Shown here piece after piece: positions 56,449 through 64,000 of a stretch of DNA of 64,000 nucleotides. The first letter of the stretch is position 1. Every line of letters starts with the position of its first letter. The DNA is from Candidatus Latescibacterota bacterium (lineage in GTDB: Bacteria > Latescibacterota > UBA2968 > UBA8231). A program made the translations under genes and the position numbers. Where the stretch lies: NCBI GenBank assembly GCA_965203175.1, contig OZ241867.1, positions 2,432,001 through 2,496,000 of the forward strand. The letters are read 5' to 3'. The notes beneath the pieces were generated by a model, which searched no databases, was not told the DNA's origin, and worked only from the letters and a program-made list of their open reading frames with translations.

Positions 56449-57855
56449 ATGACGACCCTATCCCGCTACGTGCTTAAAGAGCACGGCTGGCCCTTTGTGC
56501 TTGGCTTTGTGCTGATCCTTTTCATCCTGCTGATCGACGTCGTTTTGCAGACGATGGACCAAGTGCTGAGCAAAGGACTAACCCTGTTGGCCGCTCTCCA
56601 GCTTTTGCTTTTCAACTTAGCTTGGATCGTGGCGCTGGCCGTGCCCATGGCCGTGCTCATCGCTGTACTCATGGCCTTTGCCCGCCTCGCCGCCGATGGG
56701 GAAATCATCGCGGCCAAAGCCTGCGGAGTGAGCTTTTGGTCGCTCCTGCGGCCGGTGCTGGTAGCCGCTTTTTTACTCACCCTGCTGATGATTCTTTTTA
56801 ATGATCAGGTTCTCCCGGATTGGAATCACCAAGCCCGCGTCCTGTCGTCGAGCTTGCAACGGACGAAGGCCGCCTTGGTACTGAGGGAAAAGGAAGGGGT
56901 CTTCATACCTAACTTGGGCGACTACCATCTGCTCATCCGCCAGATTGACCCGGAGACTAACGAGCTAGCCGGCATCGCGCTCTACGACGCCTCGCGCCTT
57001 GGGCCGCCGGTGATTCTCCACGCCCCTAGGGGCCGCATCGCGCTGTTGGGAGATGGAGCGTACATCCGCTTGGAGTTGGAGGAAGGCCATGTCCAGCGCG
57101 TCGAATCCAGCCAGGAAGAGCGTTTTTTCTACGGCACCTTCGCCCGCCAAGTGCTGCACATCAAGGACGAGCGCCGCCGCTACGAGCACCGTCCCTCGTC
57201 CTATCGCAGCGACCGCGAGCTAGACATCGCGGCCATGCACCGCTTGGTGCTAGAGCGCCGCCGCGAGCAGGAGCGCGCTTACGGCCGCCTCGATTCGATT
57301 GCTGCGCGCTACCTCGAATTGCACCAAACAGACATCGCGGCCATGCACCGCTTGGTGCTAGAGCGCCGCCGCGAGCGGGAGCGCGCTTACGGCCGCCTCG
57401 ATTCGATTGCTGCGCGCTACCTCGAATTGCACCAAAGCCAGTTTGCCGACTCTACGGTCAATGAGCTAGAGCGAGAAAGGAAACAGGTGGCCGAGGCTCT
57501 GCACCGACAGTGGCGGCACATAGACCGCCGCGCGGGGCGAATCAACGAGTATTTGGTCGAGATTCACAAGAAGCTATCCATCCCGGCCGCCTGCTTGGTT
57601 TTCGCGCTGGTCGGCGCTCCATTGGGCGCGCTGATTCGCCGCCGCGGTGCCGCCGTCTCCGTCGGCGTCAGTTTGTTCTTCTTTTGGATCTACTGGATGT
57701 TCCTCATCGGCGGCGAGGAGCTAGCCGACCGAGGCTATATCCCGCCGCCTTTGGCGATGTGGGCACCCAATTTGGTCTTCGTCCTCGCCGGATGGGGGCT
57801 GTTGCGGGTGGTCGCGTACGACCGCGCTGGGCGCCGAGGGACGAAAGAGGCCTGA
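56449..57855 (+). CDS. lptF: LPS export permease LptF family
   Basis: LSRYVLKE, LAVPMAVL, RLAADGEIIAAKACGVS, EIHKKLSIP, AMWAPN. Confidence 0.88.
   Translation: MTTLSRYVLKEHGWPFVLGFVLILFILLIDVVLQTMDQVLSKGLTLLAALQLLLFNLAWIVALAVPMAVLIAVLMAFARLAADGEIIAAKACGVSFWSLLRPVLVAAFLLTLLMILFNDQVLPDWNHQARVLSSSLQRTKAALVLREKEGVFIPNLGDYHLLIRQIDPETNELAGIALYDASRLGPPVILHAPRGRIALLGDGAYIRLELEEGHVQRVESSQEERFFYGTFARQVLHIKDERRRYEHRPSSYRSDRELDIAAMHRLVLERRREQERAYGRLDSIAARYLELHQTDIAAMHRLVLERRRERERAYGRLDSIAARYLELHQSQFADSTVNELERERKQVAEALHRQWRHIDRRAGRINEYLVEIHKKLSIPAACLVFALVGAPLGALIRRRGAAVSVGVSLFFFWIYWMFLIGGEELADRGYIPPPLAMWAPNLVFVLAGWGLLRVVAYDRAGRRGTKEA
57222..57436 (+). repeat. Near-perfect 108-bp in-frame tandem duplication within lptF
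   Basis: 57222-57328 versus 57330-57436, one internal mismatch (CAG/CGG). Confidence 0.95.
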
Positions 57856-57856
57856 G

Positions 57857-58930
57857 ATGCGCATCCTCGACCTCTATTTGACGCGTCGCTTCCTGTTGTG
57901 CCTGGGGATCGCCGTGGTCAGCCTATTGCTCATTGCGGTGATTATCGACCTCACCGAAAACATCGATACCTTTATCGACTTTAAAGCTCGTCCCGAGCAG
58001 ATCTTGCTCTACTACGTCTATCGGTTGCCGTACTGGCTCATCCTAACCCTGCCCATCGCCGCGCTACTCGGCGCGCTTTTTGCCCTGACCAGCTTGGCGC
58101 GCCAAAACGAAATCACCGCTATGAAGGCCACTGGCATTAGCCTGTATCGCCTGCTAGCCCCGGTTTTCGCGTGTGCCCTCGCCGTTTCGGTCGCGGCTTT
58201 TTCCTTTACCGATTGGGTGGTTCCGTCTGCTACCTATCGGTACAATCAAATCAGCGACGAGATTAAGTCCTATCACCGCGGTGACGGCTCCCGCCGCCAA
58301 GTCCTGCTCCAAGACGCGGGCAACCAGTTCGTGTACGCCCGCAGCTACGACGCGGGGCGGCAACGCGCCGACGAAGTGTCTTGGGAGCGGCTGCACGGCT
58401 ATGTCCCGCTGGAGCGCGCCGTGGCCCGGCGCATGGAATGGCGGGAGGGCACCTGGGTGCTCTTCGAAGGCCGCCGCTTTCGCTTTGCCGCGGGCGAAGC
58501 CGTGGCGACTTCTTCCTTTGATACTCTATCCCTACCGAGCTTGTCGTTGCTTCCCAGTGACTTTGCTCGTCAGCAGAAGGACCCCGAGGAAATGAACTAC
58601 GCCGAGCTGGCCGACTACATCGCCCGCGCCACGCTCAACGGAGAGGACGCCACGCGCCAGCGAGTCGATTTGCACCTGAAAATATCCTTTCCCCTGACCA
58701 GCTTCATCATCATCGCCCTCGGCGCGACCCTCGGCGCCAATGCCCGCCGCGCCGGCTTGGCCAATAGCTTCGGCTTGGGAGTCCTGCTCTGCTTTGCTTA
58801 TTACAGTTGCGTCAAAGCTGGCCAGGCCCTCGGTTGGAATCATTTGCTTGCGCCTTGGTTGGGTGCGTGGATAGCCAACCTGCTGTTTGCCGTCTTGGCC
58901 TTAGTGCTTATGTGGCGCGTGCCCAAATAA
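57857..58930 (+). CDS. lptG: LPS export permease LptG family
   Basis: MRILDLYL, LARQNEITAMKATGISLYR, PEEMNYAEL, KISFPL, AWIAN. Confidence 0.88.
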   Translation: MRILDLYLTRRFLLCLGIAVVSLLLIAVIIDLTENIDTFIDFKARPEQILLYYVYRLPYWLILTLPIAALLGALFALTSLARQNEITAMKATGISLYRLLAPVFACALAVSVAAFSFTDWVVPSATYRYNQISDEIKSYHRGDGSRRQVLLQDAGNQFVYARSYDAGRQRADEVSWERLHGYVPLERAVARRMEWREGTWVLFEGRRFRFAAGEAVATSSFDTLSLPSLSLLPSDFARQQKDPEEMNYAELADYIARATLNGEDATRQRVDLHLKISFPLTSFIIIALGATLGANARRAGLANSFGLGVLLCFAYYSCVKAGQALGWNHLLAPWLGAWIANLLFAVLALVLMWRVPK

Positions 58931-58962
58931 AAAGGCCGTTCGCCCGTCGGCGAACGGCCCTT
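58929..58962. terminator. Terminator between convergent genes
   Basis: GGCCGTTCGCC-cgtc-GGCGAACGGCC, with a T run on the minus strand. Confidence 0.75.
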
Positions 58963-58988
58963 GGGGAGACCCGAATAGGAACAGGTGC

Positions 58989-59984
58989 TCAGCGGATGCC
59001 TTGCTCTAGATGGTAAATCTTGAGCTTGAGCGAGGCCGAGCGGGATTTCCAATTTTCTAGCAGGGCTACCGCCTGCTGCCCTGCTTGGCCGTCGAGTCTC
59101 CCACTTAACCCGACTAATAGCTGTGCTAGGCGGACCACCTTGTCTTCGGAGGCATCGGAGGTGAGCCGCTCGAAGTGACCGATTAAATCGGCATCCAATG
59201 AGGTGTCGGCTCGCTGGGCTATCCCGTGCAGAAAGCGGGCGTGGCTGCGGGCGAAGGCCGCGTCCTCGCTGCACTTACTGAGCAAGTGGCGCAGCAGCTT
59301 GGCCGATGGAACCTCTTGGAGAACCTCAATGGCTATCCGCGCCGCCTGTTGCCAGACGCGGGTTTGTGCAGTCGAAACCATGGTTTGGGGCAGTCCAGCC
59401 TCGACGAAGAGCGAGAAGAGCGGTATCTGCGGCAAGTGCGCCAAGAACGCGCGCAATAGGTCCTCGTTGGGGTCGCACTTGAGGAGGCAATCGACTGCAT
59501 AGGGCACCATAGAGGGATGGGTGCGGTGAATTTTGTCTAGGAGTACGGCCGCGATGTCGGCAGGGAGGTCTGTGGCAAGTGCCGCGGTGATCGGCGCGAG
59601 AGTCTGGCGGCTGATCGGCACGCCCTGCGCCGCTTCGCGGGCGACCGCGCGCTCTTTGCTGGTTAGGAACTGGGCGACCTCGTCGCACTGGCGCAGCGCT
59701 TGCACCAAAGCCGCAGCCGGGCGGGGATCGTGCTCTTTGTGCGCCAGTCGCACGATCCGGCGCAGCATGCTCAGCGAAGACAGCCAGGAGCGATGATGGC
59801 TCAAAATGTCGATGGCCGCTAGCCGTCGGCTGTCGTCCGAGTCCTCGGCGATGGCCAAGAGCTGCTCCAAATCGTCTGCGCTGAGCACCAGTGGTTGGGC
59901 CTGTTCGCCGTGGAGCAACTGGTCCAGCGATGTTTCGGCGACCGGCGCAGCCTCTTCGCGCAAGTCGCGGATGTCCAACACCAT
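58989..59984 (-). CDS. Hypothetical all-helical (HEAT-like) protein
   Basis: GAGG SD before ATG 59984; Leu/Ala-rich helical repeats. Confidence 0.6.
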   Translation of the reverse strand: MVLDIRDLREEAAPVAETSLDQLLHGEQAQPLVLSADDLEQLLAIAEDSDDSRRLAAIDILSHHRSWLSSLSMLRRIVRLAHKEHDPRPAAALVQALRQCDEVAQFLTSKERAVAREAAQGVPISRQTLAPITAALATDLPADIAAVLLDKIHRTHPSMVPYAVDCLLKCDPNEDLLRAFLAHLPQIPLFSLFVEAGLPQTMVSTAQTRVWQQAARIAIEVLQEVPSAKLLRHLLSKCSEDAAFARSHARFLHGIAQRADTSLDADLIGHFERLTSDASEDKVVRLAQLLVGLSGRLDGQAGQQAVALLENWKSRSASLKLKIYHLEQGIR

Positions 59985-60154
59985 AGGTTTTTGATCCTCT
60001 AGCGGTGCCCAAACGAGCAGCACAACTAGCTAAATTAACGGAAGCTACTCTATGAAATATGCAAGGGGAAAGTTCAGAAATTTATCGTGGGGATATCAAA
60101 CGTAAAACCCACTCCGCGATAAAGCAAGCGAAAATATTGCTCTCTCTTTGCAGC

Positions 60155-60604
60155 CTATGGGGACGCGCTGGCGACCTCCAGGCTGAAGGGGTCGGATTCG
60201 TCCGCCAAGCGCACATTTAAGACCCAGTCGCCGTCAATCGCGATCCAGATCTTGCGCCGCACCCGAATTCCGTCGGTCGTATGTGGCAAGAGGACCACGT
60301 CGAATTCCACTTCTCTACCGGCTGGCAGAACCCCGCCCGAAACCTCCACTCGCTGGCCGGCTGGCACGCGGGTGCGCACGATCCGCGGTGCGTCCGCATC
60401 GATCTCGTTAAGGTATGCCACCTCAAGATCGTAGGCTGTGTGGTTAGCGACCAAAACAGTCCCGTCCCGTCCGGCGGGTTCGGGGGGCGTAGGCGCAGGA
60501 GGTGCGGTGGGTGCTTTGCCGCCGCAACTGCTGAGCAGCCAAGCGGTTAGCAATAGCGCGGCTCTTACTGCGCCGCGACGTGGATCAATGCTTGGGCGAT
60601 CCAT
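60155..60604 (-). CDS. Hypothetical lipoprotein
   Basis: LLSSC lipobox, Pro-rich linker, small beta domain; overlaps the selA 3' end by 40 bp. Confidence 0.65.
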   Translation of the reverse strand: MDRPSIDPRRGAVRAALLLTAWLLSSCGGKAPTAPPAPTPPEPAGRDGTVLVANHTAYDLEVAYLNEIDADAPRIVRTRVPAGQRVEVSGGVLPAGREVEFDVVLLPHTTDGIRVRRKIWIAIDGDWVLNVRLADESDPFSLEVASASP

Positions 60605-61947
60605 TCTACCTCGTCGTCGTGCACAGTGCGCATGTCGAGCAGGAGCCGCTCGCGGGTGATGCGACCGACTACGCCCTGCCGCCTGAGTTGGCGACCTAGC
60701 TGCTCGACTCGGATCGCGTCTGGCTGGAGGGCCACGGCTCGGCTGGGGATCTCGGCTAGGGGTAGGGACCCGCTGCCGGCTTGGGCCAGCGATTCGACCA
60801 CTTCGAGGCGGAGGGCGCGGCAGCTCGGCTCGGGCAAGAGGGACAACAGTCTTTGGGCGCGCTCCTCCAGCGTCTCAACCGTTGCCCGCAGCATGACCAG
60901 CGCTGGCAGGGCCTGCGTTAGCCTGTCTGGCGGCAGGCGATAGAGCGACAACACTGCTTCGAGCGCGGCGTAGATCAGCTTGTCGCAGCGCAGGGCGCGC
61001 ATCAGCGGATTTTGGCGCACTTGCTCCACATAGGGGCGCTGGCCGGCGATGATACCGGCTTGCGGCCCGCCCAGCACTTTGTCGCCGCTGAAGCTGACTA
61101 CAGCCGCCCCGCCCTTGAGACTGGAGGCGACTACCGGCTCGGGTGGCAGCCCCCACTGCTCCAGATCAACTAGGGCACCGCTGCCTAAATCGTGGACCAG
61201 CGGTACTCCCCCTCGCTGGCTCAGAGCGGCCAAGTCCTTTAGGTCCACCTCGGCGGTAAAGCCCTGTACCCTGTAATTACTCGGATGCACCACTAAAATG
61301 GCGCCGGTTTCCGGGCCGACAGCGCGCTCGTAGTCGCGCAAGTGCGTGCGGTTGGTCGTGCCGATCTCGCGCAGTTTGGCTCCGCTGGCCGCGATGATAT
61401 CGGGCAGGCGGAATGAGCCGCCGATTTCGACCTGTTGTCCCCGCGAGACCACCACTTCCCGTCCCCGCGCCAAGGTGTCGAGCAGCAGGAGCACGGCGGC
61501 GGCGTTGTTGTTGACCACGGCGGCAGCTTCCGCAGCGGTCATCGAGCATATAAGAGATTCAACGTGCGCGACGCGCTCGCCGCGTTTGCCCGACTCCAGC
61601 TCGAATTCGAGGTTGCAATAGCCGGTGGTCACCCGCGCGACGGCTTCTTGGGCCGCTCGGGGTAGCGGCGCACGGCCCAAGCCAGTGTGCAGCACCACGC
61701 CGGTGGCGTTGACGACGCGGTGCAGCCGGGGCGTGGCCTCTTGTTCGATGCAGCGGCGCACGGCCTGCTCGATCCGCGCGTCCAAGGCCGCTCGCTCCTC
61801 GTCCACAGTGCCCGCCCGCACTTGGCGACGCACATCCGCAATGCAGCGGCGCACCTGTTCGACGACATAGGCGCGGTCGTACTCTTGCAAGAGATCGGCG
61901 ACCTGATTCAGCATCTGATCTACCGAGGGCAGGCCAGCTTCATTCAT
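60565..61947 (-). CDS. selA: L-seryl-tRNA(Sec) selenium transferase
   Basis: LPSVD, VVNATGVVLHTGLGRA, VVNNNAAA, EIGGSFR, GTTNRT, DLGSG, FSGDKVLGGPQAG. Confidence 0.96.
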   Translation of the reverse strand: MNEAGLPSVDQMLNQVADLLQEYDRAYVVEQVRRCIADVRRQVRAGTVDEERAALDARIEQAVRRCIEQEATPRLHRVVNATGVVLHTGLGRAPLPRAAQEAVARVTTGYCNLEFELESGKRGERVAHVESLICSMTAAEAAAVVNNNAAAVLLLLDTLARGREVVVSRGQQVEIGGSFRLPDIIAASGAKLREIGTTNRTHLRDYERAVGPETGAILVVHPSNYRVQGFTAEVDLKDLAALSQRGGVPLVHDLGSGALVDLEQWGLPPEPVVASSLKGGAAVVSFSGDKVLGGPQAGIIAGQRPYVEQVRQNPLMRALRCDKLIYAALEAVLSLYRLPPDRLTQALPALVMLRATVETLEERAQRLLSLLPEPSCRALRLEVVESLAQAGSGSLPLAEIPSRAVALQPDAIRVEQLGRQLRRQGVVGRITRERLLLDMRTVHDDEVEWIAQALIHVAAQ

Positions 61948-62064
61948 GAAGGCGAAGTATAGGTTGCCCCTCTGTCGCCAGCAAGTAACCTTTGCGCTAT
62001 AGTCTTAATAACCTTATACTTGCAAGACCCCTTCCCCTGTTGTCTAATTCCAATATTTAGGTCT

Positions 62065-64000
62065 ATGTCGCGCCCGGTCTATATCCTGGTGGCGCTGCTT
62101 TTGTGTGCTTTTGCAATTGACGCCGCCGAGCGCAGGAGTCCAATCGTCCACGTGGTCAAACGAGGGGATACTCTGTCTGAGATTGCCGCGCGCTACCGAG
62201 TCTCGCAGAAGCAAATCAAGCGCTGGAACAAGCTCGGCAGCAATAGGATATACGCTGGCCAGAGCCTCAAAGTTGGCCTGCCAGTGCGAAGCGGCGATTG
62301 GTATCGCGTCCGGCGCGGCGATACCCTCTCAAAAATTGCTCGGCAGTTCGCCGTCCCGGTCTATAAGCTCAAGGCGCTCAACCGCCTCAATGGGAACGTC
62401 ATCCACGTCGGGCAGAAGCTTCGCTTGCAAACGGCCACTCCCACTCGGAGTGCCTCGATCGACGACAACGACGAAGAGCCGAGCGAGTACACGGTTCGCC
62501 GGGGCGATACCCTGTCGAAAATCGCCCTGCGATTTGACGTGGGCTTGGGTTTCCTGCGCCAGCTCAACAAGCTCAAAAGCGACCTCATTCGGCCCGGACA
62601 AAAGCTCCGCCTACGCGCTTCGCGGTTAGAGGAAGCCGTCCACGTGGTAAAAGAGGATGAAACCCTGACCGAGATTGCTCGGCGCTACCGAGTCTCAGTC
62701 AGCCAGTTGCAGCGCCTCAACGGTCTTGTTGGCGACCGGATTCTCATCGGGCAGAAGCTCCGCCTCAAGGACGCGGAGAGCACGGTACACATCGTGGAAC
62801 GCGGGGACGCGCTGTGGGAGATTGCCCGCGCGTATGGCATCAGCGTCTATCGTCTCAAGATACTCAATGGTCTCAGGTCGAACCGCATCTACCCAGGCCA
62901 GAAGCTCAAGCTCTACCCAGACGGGAAGCTTGAACCGAGTACCGCGTCGGCCGGCCCGCGACTGGCCACGTACGTGGTGCAGCGGGGCGATTACCTAGGC
63001 CAGATCGCTCGGCTACACCAGATGAGCGTGGCTGAGATCACCCGCATCAACAAACTAAAGAAGAACGCCGTCATTCACCCAGGAGACCGGCTCAAGGTGC
63101 GGCCAATGCGCTGGGTAGAATTGTCTGAAATTGACTGGGACGATCTGCAGATCCGCCGCTCTGACACGCCGAAAATTGTATCCGACAACGGCCCGTACTA
63201 CTTCTCTCGGCCCCGTAATAAGCGCCAGCCGAGCAAGAAATATTTCGAAGACCATCCAAGCTCGCCGCGTCAGACGTATCGCCAAGCAGCGCGTCTGTGG
63301 CGGGAATTCGAGCACAAGGTCGGGCGCATGGGGCGCTTGAGTTCTCGGTTGGAAGGCTGGCACATCGTCCTCGACCCAGGCCACGGCGGGCTGGACCCGG
63401 GTGCAATAGTTTCTGCTCGCGACGGCAACGGCAAAAGGCTCTATGTCGTCGAGGACGAGTACGTCTTCGACATCGCGCTGCGGGTCTATGTCTTGGCGCG
63501 CTTGCACGGGGCCCAAGTCACCATGACCCTACTCAGCCCCAACCACCTAATCCGCCAAAGCGAGCCGCCGACCCAGACCTTTGTCCACGAAAAGAACGAA
63601 GTGTACAACTTGGCCGCTTACAACCAGACCAACAAGCTCAGCGCTTGGCCGCGCGGCAGCAATCTTTCGACTCGCGTGCGCATTGCTCGCCAGGCCTTTG
63701 CCAAAGCCCCACGGGGCCGGCGCATCTTTGTCTCTCTCCACGCCGATAGCGAGCCCAAGGCCCCAGAAGCACCGCTGGTCCTATACTACAGAAGCAGCAA
63801 GAGCGGGCGCATAGATCGCGTCTCGCGCCAGTTTGCCCGCTCCCTGCTCCCGGCATTAGGAGCCGGTGCCCGCATGCGCGGACAGAACCTAGGGGTCTTG
63901 CGCAACAATCCCGCCGACGTCAAGGTCCTCATCGAAGTGCGCAACATGGCGTACCGGGACCACGTCTGGGCCCTGCGCTTTGAGGATCTGCGCCACCGCG
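62065..64000 (+). CDS. LysM-repeat (x6) N-acetylmuramoyl-L-alanine amidase, runs off window end
   Basis: Manual translation from ATG 62065: signal peptide, six HVV/YTV..GD(T)L..IA...N.L...I..GQ.L repeats, then IVLDPGHGGLDPGA, E, FVSLHAD, VLIE (Amidase_3). Not in the ORF track. Confidence 0.93.
   Translation, partial: MSRPVYILVALLLCAFAIDAAERRSPIVHVVKRGDTLSEIAARYRVSQKQIKRWNKLGSNRIYAGQSLKVGLPVRSGDWYRVRRGDTLSKIARQFAVPVYKLKALNRLNGNVIHVGQKLRLQTATPTRSASIDDNDEEPSEYTVRRGDTLSKIALRFDVGLGFLRQLNKLKSDLIRPGQKLRLRASRLEEAVHVVKEDETLTEIARRYRVSVSQLQRLNGLVGDRILIGQKLRLKDAESTVHIVERGDALWEIARAYGISVYRLKILNGLRSNRIYPGQKLKLYPDGKLEPSTASAGPRLATYVVQRGDYLGQIARLHQMSVAEITRINKLKKNAVIHPGDRLKVRPMRWVELSEIDWDDLQIRRSDTPKIVSDNGPYYFSRPRNKRQPSKKYFEDHPSSPRQTYRQAARLWREFEHKVGRMGRLSSRLEGWHIVLDPGHGGLDPGAIVSARDGNGKRLYVVEDEYVFDIALRVYVLARLHGAQVTMTLLSPNHLIRQSEPPTQTFVHEKNEVYNLAAYNQTNKLSAWPRGSNLSTRVRIARQAFAKAPRGRRIFVSLHADSEPKAPEAPLVLYYRSSKSGRIDRVSRQFARSLLPALGAGARMRGQNLGVLRNNPADVKVLIEVRNMAYRDHVWALRFEDLRHR

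Overview
GC-rich bacterial chromosomal window from a diderm organism (LptF/LptG, SprA, FlgD-type T9SS cargo). The gene content resembles FCB-superphylum candidate lineages such as Latescibacterota; this is inference only. Left part: MazG-like gene, DUF362, murA, glutaredoxin, tRNA-Phe, an FGE-fold protein, an MFS transporter, a sulfatase and an ECF sigma/anti-sigma pair. The centre (10.1-32.9 kb, all minus strand) is a 23-kb surface-protein locus. It has five tandem FG-GAP/type-A-CTD paralogs with a conserved scaffold and hypervariable loops, then three FTPNGDG-CTD proteins interleaved with two paralogous ~890-aa probable outer-membrane barrel proteins of unknown family. The locus is preceded by a duplicated sigma54-type promoter with triple TCCACG-N6-CGTG(G/T) enhancer-like sites. 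Right part: M16C peptidase, anmK, PLP aldolase, GtrA plus GT22-like mannosyltransferase, feoAB, then an apparent sprA-comEA-pilM-pilN/O-coaD-dprA operon preceded by a ~230-nt five-helix structured leader, lptFG (lptF has a near-perfect 108-bp internal duplication), selA and a 6xLysM amidase. No CRISPR, integrase, transposase or reverse transcriptase was seen. All family assignments are by motif recognition by eye; no searches were run.
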